Assembly: GCA_963718895.1 (NCBI GenBank)
Contig: CAVRAG010000008.1
Location: 1,472,001-1,536,000 of the forward strand
Direction of reading: 5' to 3'
DNA length: 64,000 nt
Source of the DNA: an uncultured Nitrososphaerota archaeon
GTDB lineage: Archaea > Thermoproteota > Nitrososphaeria > Nitrososphaerales > Gagatemarchaeaceae
A model generated the notes under the pieces. That model searched no databases and was not told the origin of the DNA. It saw only the letters and a program-made list of their open reading frames with translations. Shown here one piece after another: positions 19,835 through 29,173 of the stretch (position 1 is its first letter; each line of letters begins with the position of its first letter). The position numbers and the translations under genes are program-made.

Positions 19835-20305
19835 TCAGCCAGGGTTGGCGCTGGTCCTTGACCTCTTCCGAGTCTCACTCCCCTTTTTCTCGGAGATGTC
19901 GTCGATAGCTTCCACCCAATGGACTCTCTTGAACGCTTGATCGTGCGTCGCTATCCTAACAACCCCAGAAGCCTGCATCGTCGCCAAGATCACACACTCT
20001 CGGCTTCCTAGACCTACAGACGCGTGTTCTGTAATCATCCCAAATGCGGCATCAGCAATCCGGCGGTCCAGATCAAAGATTCTGAGAGTGGCGAGGGTTT
20101 GAATCCTCTCCATCAAGTCTGAGAATTCTTGTTTCGGGAGCATCCTCAGATAATGAGCCACTTCGAATAACGTGACGTAATTTGTGGCGATTCCTTCTTT
20201 AATCGCCTTCCGCATGGTCCTGAGAACACGTTCGTGTTCGGGAAGCCTCGAGTCCAACCAGTAGATCCAGTAGTTAGAGTCGACGTATATCAAACTCGGG
20301 CCCAA
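19835..20305 (-). CDS. vapC: VapC PIN-domain toxin (copy 1; copy 2 at 57185)
   Basis: IYVDSNYWI, LFEVAH, IATHDQAF. Confidence 0.9.
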   Translation of the reverse strand: MGPSLIYVDSNYWIYWLDSRLPEHERVLRTMRKAIKEGIATNYVTLFEVAHYLRMLPKQEFSDLMERIQTLATLRIFDLDRRIADAAFGMITEHASVGLGSRECVILATMQASGVVRIATHDQAFKRVHWVEAIDDISEKKGSETRKRSRTSANPG

Positions 20306-20538
20306 ATCTCCTTTAGCCGCAGCGGGTCGGTCGCCCTCGCCTTGCTCCCTCTCTTCAGGATGCCTTCGGTTTGCTTGATGAAGGCTTCGGGTTCTAGGCT
20401 GGATTTCAACATGATGATGGAACCGCCTCTATCAGCGATGCTAACCCTGACCTTGCTGCCTTCCGCCAGTCCAAGCTCTTTCCGTACCTCGTCAGGAATC
20501 ACTACACGGCCTTTTGAGTCGACGACCGTCTCCGTCAA
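20290..20538 (-). CDS. vapB: AbrB/MazE-type antitoxin
   Basis: VDSKGRVVIPDEVRKELGLAEG. Confidence 0.9.
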   Translation of the reverse strand: MTETVVDSKGRVVIPDEVRKELGLAEGSKVRVSIADRGGSIIMLKSSLEPEAFIKQTEGILKRGSKARATDPLRLKEIWARV

Positions 20539-20574
20539 CTGGTTCCCACTTTGATTCCCACTTTCGCTACTTAA

Positions 20575-20622
20575 GGGTTCGTCGCGCCCCCGCCGGGGCA
20601 GTTCATCCACACGTTGGGCTAT
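20575..20622 (+). repeat. Cassette-boundary repeat
   Basis: GGGTTCGTCGCGCCCCCGCCGGGGCAGTTCATCCACACGTTGGGCTA. Confidence 0.9.
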
Positions 20623-20653
20623 AGTAAGTCGACGCTAAGAGAGGGCTGTGAGA

Positions 20654-20881
20654 CTAGCCGAGCAGTCTTAGGAATTCGTCTCTCGTCATCCCGGATTGCT
20701 CGATGATGGAGAGCAGCGTTCCTGTTGCGACGGTCTCGTGCCGCGGGACCGTGACCTTGTGCTTCCTCTCCGGCTCGGTCATGTAGATGTGGCTGCCTTT
20801 TTGATGAATCACATAGAAGCCCTTCTTTCCGAGGGCCTTGACAATCCGCCTCCAGCCTAGGCTCGGCAGGCGCTTCGACAA
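20654..20881 (-). CDS. hicA: HicA toxin
   Basis: GFYVIHQKGSH..VTVPRH..GTLLSIIEQSG. Confidence 0.92.
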   Translation of the reverse strand: MSKRLPSLGWRRIVKALGKKGFYVIHQKGSHIYMTEPERKHKVTVPRHETVATGTLLSIIEQSGMTRDEFLRLLG

Positions 20882-20913
20882 CAGAATCCACGTTCTCTCG
20901 GTCTTGGGTTGGA

Positions 20914-21144
20914 TCAGATTGTGACCTGAAGGACCTCTTTCTTCAGATTCAAGCGAGCTTCTTCTTCAGGGAAGGCTTCCAGAAAACCCTGGATGGCCTC
21001 CCGGATGTTGTGCAGGGCTTCCTTCTTCGTATCTCCTTCGCTAATCGCGCCCGGGAGTTCGACACACCTGACTGAATAGCCATGTCCTTCCTCCTTTTGC
21101 AGGATGACCGTGAATGTGCCCTGCGGAACCTTTGCGGTCTTCAT
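20914..21144 (-). CDS. hicB: HicB antitoxin (short form)
   Basis: GYSVRCVELPGAISEGDTKKEALHNIREAI. Confidence 0.92.
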   Translation of the reverse strand: MKTAKVPQGTFTVILQKEEGHGYSVRCVELPGAISEGDTKKEALHNIREAIQGFLEAFPEEEARLNLKKEVLQVTI

Positions 21145-21201
21145 TGTAAGTATGGAACCTGACGTTCCTTATTAGCGAATCTATCCTTGATCCCGGAATG
21201 A

Positions 21202-21247
21202 GGTTCGTTGCGCCTCCGCCGGGGCATTTCATCCACATGTTGGGCTA
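21202..21247 (+). repeat. Cassette-boundary repeat
   Basis: GGTTCGTTGCGCCTCCGCCGGGGCATTTCATCCACATGTTGGGCTA. Confidence 0.92.
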
Positions 21248-21323
21248 TGGGTAAGGCGCCTGCTGAACTAGTCGCCGAGCAGCCCTGACAATCAAGAAAC
21301 CGATGAAGAAGACCGACCTCGGG

Positions 21324-21533
21324 TCAGCGCGAAACAGCTTCGGTCAGCTGCTTTAGGACGCCTTTCTTCTTCGCGGCCCAGACCTCTATCCCTATGACCT
21401 CTCCAGCATTATCCAGCTCGACCATCACGTTGTCCTCGACTTCTTTCACGCTTCCTGCTGGGCCGTCCCTGAAGTGAAAGTAGAGAATGTCGCCTTCTGC
21501 GTCGTAGTCGAGCTTCATTTCCTTTCGACCCAA
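21324..21533 (-). CDS. DUF2283 family protein (putative antitoxin)
   Basis: YDAEGDILYFHF..ELDNAGEVIGIEV. Confidence 0.85.
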   Translation of the reverse strand: MGRKEMKLDYDAEGDILYFHFRDGPAGSVKEVEDNVMVELDNAGEVIGIEVWAAKKKGVLKQLTEAVSR

Positions 21534-21793
21534 GCTCCTCTTCGAAGTTTCCTACTAATAAGGCTGCTAACGTCTGAAGCGTGATATACTGTGACGACCC
21601 AGTCGTCTGCCGCTTTCGTACTGAAGAAGACCACAAGGTATCTCTCTGCGAATCTCTTTACCGCGATGGTCGTACCAAATTCAATATCCAGGTATCGTGA
21701 TTCTGGAGATTGGATGGTGGCCGCGACCATCCTCTTGCTCACACGCCTGACCCTCATTCTAAAGGTAGCGTGTTCGGTGTACTTGATGGGCAA
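21515..21793 (-). CDS. DUF4258 family protein (putative RelE-like toxin)
   Basis: YTEHATFRMRVR..VVTVY. Confidence 0.82.
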   Translation of the reverse strand: MPIKYTEHATFRMRVRRVSKRMVAATIQSPESRYLDIEFGTTIAVKRFAERYLVVFFSTKAADDWVVTVYHASDVSSLISRKLRRGAWVERK

Positions 21794-21883
21794 GCCGAAA
21801 TGATGTATTTCTTTCGATGATAAAAGCAGCTCTGAAGGACCAGGACGTTGCCATGTATAGGGTTCATTGCGCCTCCGCTGGAC

Positions 21884-23116
21884 TCACGACCCGACTTCGA
21901 TGACCAGCCAGACGGCCTGCTCGTAGTGGAACTGGCATCCGTGAGAGGTGAGCAGGGCGGGGATGTTCTGGCCACCCGGGAACTCCGTGATACTGCATGG
22001 CTGAGATACCACTATGGAGAGGCCGTACCCGATGTAGTAGCCGAAGTGAGTGAAGTTGGGGTTGGTAAGGACGGACCAGTGGCCGGGAGCCGACTCTTGC
22101 AGGGTGCTCGCGTATTCGAACGGTAGTTGGGTGCCGGGCCACAGTGTCGTCTCGCCGATTTGGAGCGACGAACCCGGGAACGACCTGGCGAAGTCCTGTT
22201 GGAAGCCGTAGTTAGAGACGTTGTAGTTCGCGACCTGAGTGTTGAACCTAGTTTGGGCGAAGGCGTCCAGCGTCTGGTCCTCCACGAGCTTCGGTCCCGT
22301 CCTGTTCGCGTTGACCTCTTGGATGAAGGCGTTTACCCAGTCGGAAGTGAGTCCGCTGGCCGGCCATAGGCCCTGGAAGGATTGCTGGTAGATTATTGGG
22401 TCGGTGTAGATGTCGCCGTCGTAAGAGGTGGTGACCTCTACCCTGTACGAGAGCGATTGACCTGCGGTCAGAGAGTCGTTGTCATTGAAGGCTTCGTTCC
22501 AGACGCTGCAGCTCGAGCCAGGGGCAAGCGTCATCGCGCACCTACCCCCGGTCATGTAGTCGTCCCACACGATTCCTCCCTGGGTCCGGTTGTTGTAATC
22601 TCCCGGGTAGTCGAAGGACGCTAACACGGGAGCGAGCGTCCGCGTCCCTGTGTTCTTTATCGTCGCGGAGAAGTTCACCAATCCCAACGCGTCTCGCGCG
22701 ACAGAGACGTTCTGGATGGCCACTTCGCCCCGTGGGTTCAGGTCAAAAGCCGGGAAGGGGAAGTACTCTGCGCCGGTTATCTTCGCGTCTGTTGTGTAGA
22801 AGATTGCGGAGTTGTTACCCTCGACGATTCTGTAAGACCCGTTGAATGGCTGTATTCCAATCCCGAAGAGCGCGTAGGAGACTGAGGCGCGCCCGGTGAC
22901 GTTAGTTGCTGGGTAGTGATGCGTCAGGTAGCACACCGGTACTCCTCCAACCGTCTGGCCGGTGCATACTGGAGGCCCCTCGTACACGAACGGTATCTGG
23001 AGCGAGAGGTTGTATGGTACGATTGGGAACGCGAAGAGTAAGACCACTGCTATTGCTGCCGAGATTGCAAGAACCCCAGAGGTCCTTCGACGAAACTTCA
23101 TCTCGATGTTGGCCAT
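21884..23116 (-). CDS. Membrane-anchored protein with C-terminal CAP/SCP-like domain
   Basis: N-terminal TM; EVNANR..LDAFAQTR..PGHWSVLTNPNFTHFG. Confidence 0.7.
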   Translation of the reverse strand: MANIEMKFRRRTSGVLAISAAIAVVLLFAFPIVPYNLSLQIPFVYEGPPVCTGQTVGGVPVCYLTHHYPATNVTGRASVSYALFGIGIQPFNGSYRIVEGNNSAIFYTTDAKITGAEYFPFPAFDLNPRGEVAIQNVSVARDALGLVNFSATIKNTGTRTLAPVLASFDYPGDYNNRTQGGIVWDDYMTGGRCAMTLAPGSSCSVWNEAFNDNDSLTAGQSLSYRVEVTTSYDGDIYTDPIIYQQSFQGLWPASGLTSDWVNAFIQEVNANRTGPKLVEDQTLDAFAQTRFNTQVANYNVSNYGFQQDFARSFPGSSLQIGETTLWPGTQLPFEYASTLQESAPGHWSVLTNPNFTHFGYYIGYGLSIVVSQPCSITEFPGGQNIPALLTSHGCQFHYEQAVWLVIEVGS

Positions 23117-23209
23117 CTATGGTGTGTCGACAGACCTTGGGGGATCTGCCGGAGTCATATCTCGCGCCGAGCTCAGGCATTATTTACGAGTTTACTTGCT
23201 TCAGTTCCA

Positions 23210-23310
23210 GAGCCTCTAGGACCTGTCTGATTTGAGATGCCGTAGAGAAAGGCAGTGCCATGTATAGGGTTCGTTGCGCCTCCGCCGGGGTACTTTCATT
23301 CGCACGATAG
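23210..23310 (+). repeat. Long-form boundary element
   Basis: GAGCCTCTAGG..GAGATGCCGTAGAGAAAGGCAGTGCCATGTATAGGGTTCGTTGCGCCTCCGCCGGGG. Confidence 0.85.
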
Positions 23311-23314
23311 GATT

Positions 23315-23704
23315 CTAGCTAACTACTACTACCTTAAGGCCAACTTTCCTTGCTACTCTAGCCTGCTTCTCATCGCAGGTCACCAACTCCTCCTTGGAAT
23401 GGATTGCAGCGGCGATGAAGAGGGCATCGTATACCGTAATCTGATGGTCGACCGAAATCTGAAATGAATCCCCAATCAAAGCCTCTTGGGTGACAAGCCT
23501 GACCATGGAAGCCACTTTTGATATCATCTGCTTCGCATCTTCGGCAGCGACATCCCCAGCGAGGGTCTTGGTTCTCAGCGCGTTGGCGACCTCCTTCAGG
23601 GCGAGGGGAACCGTAACAGGCCTGGTCAGATGTCTCTCCGCTTCCCTCCAGCCTTCTTCTCTCGAGAGGTACTTGACGAAGACTGACGAATCAATCATGG
23701 GCAT
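23315..23704 (-). CDS. vapC: VapC PIN-domain toxin
   Basis: IDSSVFVKY, EVANAL, TVYDALFIA, VTCDEKQ. Confidence 0.92.
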   Translation of the reverse strand: MPMIDSSVFVKYLSREEGWREAERHLTRPVTVPLALKEVANALRTKTLAGDVAAEDAKQMISKVASMVRLVTQEALIGDSFQISVDHQITVYDALFIAAAIHSKEELVTCDEKQARVARKVGLKVVVVS

Positions 23705-23921
23705 CCCTGTCTCGTCTGATCAGCTTCGCCGATGACCCCTTGGCGGACGGCCTGACGCCCTTGTGGACTAGTTCGCGGAGCTCCGCGAGCGTGGACGCGG
23801 TCCGAGTCTCCCATGCCAGTTCTTCGAGGTATTCTCTGGTCTTGCCAGCGACGTCTATGCCTGCCTTCTCGAGGGTATCCTTCACCTCTTTTCGCACCCT
23901 GACGCTCACGACCTCGCTCAT
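23691..23921 (-). CDS. vapB: VapB antitoxin (RHH)
   Basis: MSEVVSVRVRKEVK..IRRDRD; TTGTAAAC direct repeats upstream. Confidence 0.85.
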   Translation of the reverse strand: MSEVVSVRVRKEVKDTLEKAGIDVAGKTREYLEELAWETRTASTLAELRELVHKGVRPSAKGSSAKLIRRDRDAHD

Positions 23922-24023
23922 GTTGTAAACTTGATTGTAAACAACCATATAAACACCACTGTCTCTTGGAGGGCAAGGGTTCATTGTATCTCCGCCGGGG
24001 CATTTCACCAAAATGACTTCGGA

Positions 24024-25085
24024 TCATAGATAGTCTCGGTCACCAAGAGACTGGTACGTCTTGGTCTGTGCCATCCGCGGACGCAAGTCGTCTTCGTAAG
24101 GGAACACGACGTACCGCGCGCCCCATCGAATGGTTCGGAAGCCAGCACTCTTGAGGGCTGCAATAGAATTCCCAGTTGTTGAGGCTGAAATGGTCAGATA
24201 GGCTGCGCCTTCTTTGCGTGACCTCTCGATGGCCCAGTCTACGAGCGCTTCGTAGGTCTTCTGCTCGTCGTCTCTGGCGAGGAGCTCGTAAATCCTAGTG
24301 AACTTCGAACCTCTCTTCGTTGCCTCTCCCGTTACGATATAGCCGCAGGTCCGATCCTCCTTCATCAGGCTCATCGCCTGATAATCCCCCCAGCGTGCAT
24401 CGTAGCGCCACTTCAGGTATTTAGCTGTCCGCTCCAGGCCGACATCGAACCCGTCTCGGATGGAAGTCCAGATTGAACCGGCGTCTTCGGCGAATCCTCT
24501 CACGAGCTCAGGACGACTGGACGACCGTTCGTTGGAATGCCGCCGAAGGTTCGCTCCTGAGAGGGCGAGCTCGGTCCTTCGCAGGGTCCTTTGAACCAGA
24601 TTGCTCTGCCGAGATTTCAGGTATGATTCCCGGTCCAACACGAGGTGCATCTCCCCAGCCTCGCCCAGGTCGCGAGCACCCTGCCTGATTGTGAGTGGGT
24701 AGGAGAGGCGGTTGGGAAAGCCGAATGTCAGGCTTATTCCGTTCCTCTTTGCGTCCCGGAGCGAGGAACCCAAGAGTTGGGTGGCGATTCCCTGCTTCCT
24801 GAACCGTGGGTCAGTGGCCAAGTTAAGGCCCTGTGAAGCTACGACCGTCCTCCCGAAGCAGTGCATCGAATACCGAATCCTGCCGTAGTATCCCACTAGG
24901 CCTCCATCACTCCATTCTGCCACCCAAATGTCGCCCTCGGTGCCATGGAATCCGAGGGGCCCGTTCTTGTGCATCCAGGTCCATCTTCCTCTTCCCCCAT
25001 AGCCCGGGAAAGTTTTCGTGAGAAGCGCCACGATCTTCGTGTCATCCTCAGGCTCGTACCTCCTCAGCTTGAAGGATGGTGCCAC
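24024..25085 (-). CDS. GNAT family N-acetyltransferase (tandem domain)
   Basis: ATDPRFRKQGIA motif A, FGFPN, RTAKYLKWRY. Confidence 0.85.
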   Translation of the reverse strand: MAPSFKLRRYEPEDDTKIVALLTKTFPGYGGRGRWTWMHKNGPLGFHGTEGDIWVAEWSDGGLVGYYGRIRYSMHCFGRTVVASQGLNLATDPRFRKQGIATQLLGSSLRDAKRNGISLTFGFPNRLSYPLTIRQGARDLGEAGEMHLVLDRESYLKSRQSNLVQRTLRRTELALSGANLRRHSNERSSSRPELVRGFAEDAGSIWTSIRDGFDVGLERTAKYLKWRYDARWGDYQAMSLMKEDRTCGYIVTGEATKRGSKFTRIYELLARDDEQKTYEALVDWAIERSRKEGAAYLTISASTTGNSIAALKSAGFRTIRWGARYVVFPYEDDLRPRMAQTKTYQSLGDRDYL

Positions 25086-25201
25086 GGCTTCTCAATGAAC
25101 GTCCCCTCCATATTAGGAGTGAATCAACCGACTTGTCTCCGTTCCCGTCAGTCCTGCAGGGTTCATTGCGCCTCCGCCGGGGATGTCAAGTCCTGATCAG
25201 G

Positions 25202-25589
25202 TCATTTAATCATGATTGCTTCGTCCAGACCACGGAAGTGCTCGTCTCCGGTTATGACCTTCATCCCTCTAACTCTAGCCGTTGCCAGGACTACGGAGTC
25301 CACCAATCCCCAACCCCTTACCCGCGACCTTCGTTCAGCGCTGATCTTTCCGGCTATCTCCGCCGTCTCCTCGTCGAGCGGCGCGAGAGCAGAGGTCGCC
25401 TTCAGAAACTTGAGCCTTTCCCTGAAGTCAAGATTCTCTCTGGTGTACTTGTCGGTGAACTCGGCTATGACGATGGTGGGAGTGAAGGCTTCGCCGCTTT
25501 CGATGTAGGTCTTCGCATTCTCTCCCGCTGGGCTTCCGGCGAAGTATTCAATCCAAGAGAATGTATCCAGTATGTAGATAGCCGGTCAC
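25202..25589 (-). pseudogene. vapC: VapC PIN-domain toxin, frameshifted just after the GTG start; absent from the ORF track
   Basis: Manual translation YILDTFSWIEYFAGS..VIAEF..WGLVDSVVLA..ITGDEHF; one extra G separates it from the start overlapping the antitoxin stop. Confidence 0.8.
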
Positions 25590-25786
25590 CTCTGGAATTC
25601 CTCATGCTCATGCTTTGAAAGATGGAGCGGTTTGGACCTGTCGACGCCGAACATGCTCTTGGGTAAGCGCTCTGCCTTCTCTATGAGAGCGTTAATCGTC
25701 TGGTCGAGGCTTTGCGTCCCCTCTTCTTTCATGATCCTCCTCAATCTATCGCGTGTTGACTCCTTGACCGCTATGGTCGTGGTCAT
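25586..25786 (-). CDS. vapB: VapB-type antitoxin
   Basis: MTTTIAVKESTRDRL..SLDQTINALI..SMFG. Confidence 0.8.
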   Translation of the reverse strand: MTTTIAVKESTRDRLRRIMKEEGTQSLDQTINALIEKAERLPKSMFGVDRSKPLHLSKHEHEEFQR

Positions 25787-25832
25787 ATAGATATGCAATA
25801 TAGACTATAATATATATGCACCACGCTTTCTC

Positions 25833-25888
25833 GCCATGTGTAGGGTTCATTGCGCCTCCGCCGGGGCATTTCATCTGCGCGTTCGGCT
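25833..25888 (+). repeat. Cassette-boundary repeat (full length)
   Basis: GCCATGTGTAGGGTTCATTGCGCCTCCGCCGGGGCATTTCATCTGCGCGTTCGGCT. Confidence 0.92.
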
Positions 25889-25937
25889 CAGGCGCTGGTG
25901 AGGGAATCCGGCCCACAATTCGGCCATCATTCGCCGC

Positions 25938-26354
25938 TTACTCTTTGTCGAGCAGTTCCTTCCATCCGATGACATCATGCCCAGTGATTGAGCCCGCGAG
26001 CTTTCTATCCTCAGTGGCGAGTGGAAGGTCTAGAGACTCTGCGGCAACGACATAGCAGGCATCGTAGTACGCAATCCCCTTCTTCACGGCCAAGTCCATT
26101 GCTTTGTCATGGTCCAGATCCTCTCCTCGTACTATGGAGGTCCGAGATAGGAGTGCGACGAGAGCATTGTGAGTCGCGTGCGCGTCCTTCTCAGTGATCA
26201 GCTTCAGGAGTCGGGTCTGCTTCCAGATCCCGTTTCCTGCCTCATAGGTCGCCAGGTCCAGCGTCGTAAGGTCTGTGGCCAGGTCTGCCAGCTTTGTAGC
26301 ATTGGCGTGTTTCACGAGGAGAAGAAGCGCGCTTGCGTCCACAAGAGCCTTCAT
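25938..26354 (-). CDS. vapC: VapC PIN-domain toxin
   Basis: LVDASAL, YEAGNGIW, YYDACYV, ATEDRKL. Confidence 0.9.
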   Translation of the reverse strand: MKALVDASALLLLVKHANATKLADLATDLTTLDLATYEAGNGIWKQTRLLKLITEKDAHATHNALVALLSRTSIVRGEDLDHDKAMDLAVKKGIAYYDACYVVAAESLDLPLATEDRKLAGSITGHDVIGWKELLDKE

Positions 26355-26575
26355 CGGTCTTCCCTTGTTTCCCTGACTGCCTTGATGATTTCATTGTCGG
26401 ACACTTTTGATAGAGCCTTCTTCGCCCGTCCCAATGCTGAAATCAGTTCTCTCCTTTCTCTCTTCTGTACTTCGTCCCTGAGCGCCGACCGGACTAGCTC
26501 GCTGATGTTCACGTTGTAGGCCTTGGCCTTCTTCTTGAGCTCTTCATCGACCCTCACAACCACAGTTCCTGTCAT
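26351..26575 (-). CDS. vapB: VapB/CcdA-like antitoxin
   Basis: VVVRVDEELKKKAKAYNVNISELVRSAL. Confidence 0.88.
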   Translation of the reverse strand: MTGTVVVRVDEELKKKAKAYNVNISELVRSALRDEVQKRERRELISALGRAKKALSKVSDNEIIKAVRETREDR

Positions 26576-26821
26576 ACAGATTATGTATATACGTCCTTGT
26601 ATTTAACCATGCTACCGTCAACCGAGGTTCATCGCGCATCCTCATGTTAGAAACACATGCATGATGACAGTTGAAGGAGAATGATACAATCATGGTCGCG
26701 GGTGAACGCGTTCTTTCGATGTAGCCATCTTTCCGAGGTCTGGACATCTCCTGGGTGATAGTCCGACAACCAATTGCCACTATTGTTTACAAAGGAATGA
26801 GGCAGACCGGCTTGGCGGCGT

Positions 26822-27679
26822 GTGATCATGACCCTGGCAAAAGTCAAAGCGGTTTCCGACCTGGTCAAGATCGAGCTTCCTGCCGCGGCGGGGATTTGCG
26901 TCGTAGCAGGTGAGGTGATGGCCCTGGGTCGCCTTCCCTCGGCCACCACCGTCATCCTGGGCTTTCTGCTTGGCTTCTTCGTCTCTGCTGCGGCCATGAT
27001 CTCGAACGACTATTTCGACCGCGAAGTGGACCGGGTCAACCATCCCGAGAGGCCGTTGCCCTCGGGTCGCATCACGACCGGCGAGCTGCTGATCATCGAG
27101 GCCTGTTTCTCTCTGGCGGGTCTTGCAATCGCGGCCTTCCTGGGCGTGGTTGTTTTGGTCGGAGCCTCAGCTCTCTGGATCATCGGATTCCTGTACAACT
27201 GGAGATACAAAGAGTCCGGCCTAGTCGGGAACATGATGGTCAGTGCTTCTGTAGCTTCCACCTTCGTGGTCGGTGGCATAGCCTCGGCCGGGCCCGTAAA
27301 CGGCCTCGTGTGGACGTTCGGCACTCTGGCATTCATGTTCGATCTTGCAGAGGAGATAGCAGGGGGCGCAATGGATGTTGTCGGCGACGCGAAACGAAAC
27401 GTGAGGTCCCTGGGGAGGGTGCTCGGAAAGATCTGCGCGCTTCGGGTCTCTGTGATCCTTTACACTCTCGTGATAGTAGGGACCTTCGTCCCGGTCGTGA
27501 GGGGATGGTTGGGGGCCCCTTATCTCGCGATCGCAGCGGTCACCGACCTCCTGTTGATCTACTTCTCGGCCCGGCTCTACAGAAGCAGGACTCCCGAGGA
27601 GGGAAGACGTGAGATTCGCCACTTGTACCTGACGGCTGCAGGACTTGTAGCCGCCTTCTTACTCGGTAGCGCCTTCTAG
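26822..27679 (+). CDS. UbiA family prenyltransferase (DGGGP-synthase-like)
   Basis: NDYFDREVDRVNHPERPLPSG; second motif EEIAGGAMDVVGD; multiple TMs. Confidence 0.85.
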   Translation: MIMTLAKVKAVSDLVKIELPAAAGICVVAGEVMALGRLPSATTVILGFLLGFFVSAAAMISNDYFDREVDRVNHPERPLPSGRITTGELLIIEACFSLAGLAIAAFLGVVVLVGASALWIIGFLYNWRYKESGLVGNMMVSASVASTFVVGGIASAGPVNGLVWTFGTLAFMFDLAEEIAGGAMDVVGDAKRNVRSLGRVLGKICALRVSVILYTLVIVGTFVPVVRGWLGAPYLAIAAVTDLLLIYFSARLYRSRTPEEGRREIRHLYLTAAGLVAAFLLGSAF

Positions 27680-27761
27680 GCCGGACGAAGATGCTGGAGC
27701 CATGCTAGGGTTCATTGCACCTCTGCCCGAATCACTGAGAAGGAGGTAGCCGAAGTCACGT

Positions 27762-29045
27762 TCATGCCAGTGGCATGTTAGGCGACCGGGACGAAGATGT
27801 GTGACGCCGGACCAGAAGATAGGATGCCGCCAAGAGAACGGTGAAGAAGGCGGCCACCAGGAACTGGTAGGGGAACACCGGCACTCCCCCTCCCCCGCCT
27901 GTCGAGCTTGTTGCGGAGGTCTGTGCCGTCGTAGAACTCGAGCCCGTGATGCTGTTGGCCGTGGAGGGAGAAGACGAAACGACCGTGGTGGTCGACGTGG
28001 AGCTCAGTGTGGTGGATGTGGTCGAGCTACCCGAGGTCGTTGACGACAGGGCGGCGTCGGGTACCACGGAGATGGTGGAACCGCCACTGTCGGCCACGAA
28101 CACCTCGCCCTTTCCCGAGTCGTAGGCTACGTCGTAGGGTGAGGTCCCTACCGTGACGTTCGCGACGATCTTGTCACTGCTGTCGGACACCGCTGAAATC
28201 GTGTTTGACATGTAGTTCCCTGCGACTACATCGCCCTTGGCAGAGTCGTAGACTACTTCTCCGACGCTGCCTCCTGCAGGTAAGATCACGGTCGCGACGA
28301 CCGCGTTGCTTGCGTCGGATATCACCGAGAACCCGTCGCCAAAATTGTCCGCGAACACTTCATCCTTTGCGGGGTCGTAGACCAGGCCCGTGGGGGAACC
28401 ATAGAGGACCACGTTGGCGACAACTTTGTTCGTGGAGTCGGAGACCACGGAGACATTGTCAGCTCCGTTATCCGCAACGAACACCTCGCCCTTGGCGGAA
28501 TCATAAGCCAGGCCCTCGGGGGAGCTTCCGGAGGGAAGGGTTACAGTCGCGACGACCGTGTTTGTGCCGTCGGAGATGACGGAGAGGGTGTCATCGAGAC
28601 CATTCGCCACGAACACTTCGCCCTTTGCAGAGTCATATGCCAAGCCGTCGGGAGTACCTCCAACATTCACGTTCGCCACGACCTTGTTCGTGGAGTCTGA
28701 TATCACGGAAACGGCGGCGTTGCCGCTGTCGGCGACGAAGATCTCGCCCTTTCCTGAGTCGTAGACGGCGCCCAGGGGAGAGCTTCCAGCGGGTAGGCTG
28801 AAGTTCGCGACGACGATGTCGGTGGTGTCGGATATCACAGAGCCCCTTGGGCCCAGATCCGCAACGAATATCTCGCCCTTGCCTGAGTCGTAGGCCAAGC
28901 TCTGGGGGGTACCCGTTACGGTTATGGTCGTCACAGCGGCCCCGGCCCTGGCGAAAGGAACGGCGACGGCCGAACCTAGGACCAAGAGGACCAGGAGAAT
29001 CATAGCAGACGTCATGCGGATGAACCCGTGACGCGAAGCCGACAC
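27762..29045 (-). CDS. Secreted YVTN/YncE-type beta-propeller protein with PEF-CTERM-like anchor
   Basis: Seven AYDSxKGExFVA..VSVISD..VVA repeats; GGGGVPVFP, TM and RRH; start approximate. Confidence 0.88.
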   Translation of the reverse strand: MSASRHGFIRMTSAMILLVLLVLGSAVAVPFARAGAAVTTITVTGTPQSLAYDSGKGEIFVADLGPRGSVISDTTDIVVANFSLPAGSSPLGAVYDSGKGEIFVADSGNAAVSVISDSTNKVVANVNVGGTPDGLAYDSAKGEVFVANGLDDTLSVISDGTNTVVATVTLPSGSSPEGLAYDSAKGEVFVADNGADNVSVVSDSTNKVVANVVLYGSPTGLVYDPAKDEVFADNFGDGFSVISDASNAVVATVILPAGGSVGEVVYDSAKGDVVAGNYMSNTISAVSDSSDKIVANVTVGTSPYDVAYDSGKGEVFVADSGGSTISVVPDAALSSTTSGSSTTSTTLSSTSTTTVVSSSPSTANSITGSSSTTAQTSATSSTGGGGGVPVFPYQFLVAAFFTVLLAASYLLVRRHTSSSRSPNMPLA

Positions 29046-29124
29046 GCTCTCGACTACGTTGCCGGTAGGCGCTCGATTTAAGACTTCGGAACTGCAATTC
29101 CAGAAGAATAATCCTCTTCGCGCA

Positions 29125-29170
29125 TGGGTTCGTTGCGCTTCCGACGGTCCTTTCATCCACATGTTGGCTA
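29125..29170 (+). repeat. Cassette-boundary repeat
   Basis: GGGTTCGTTGCGCTTCCGACGGTCCTTTCATCCACATGTTGGCTA. Confidence 0.85.
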
Positions 29171-29173
29171 CGG

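Noticed and set aside
21041-21238. Recurrent short ORFs or N-terminal extensions such as MWMKCPGGGAMNP, MDEMPRRRRNEP, MRLRRGISSTRWA and MPCIGFIAPPPG
   Set aside because: These are translations of the DNA repeat in different frames. They falsely extend genes at 12837, 20610, 24011, 29162, 57951, 60672 and 63083.
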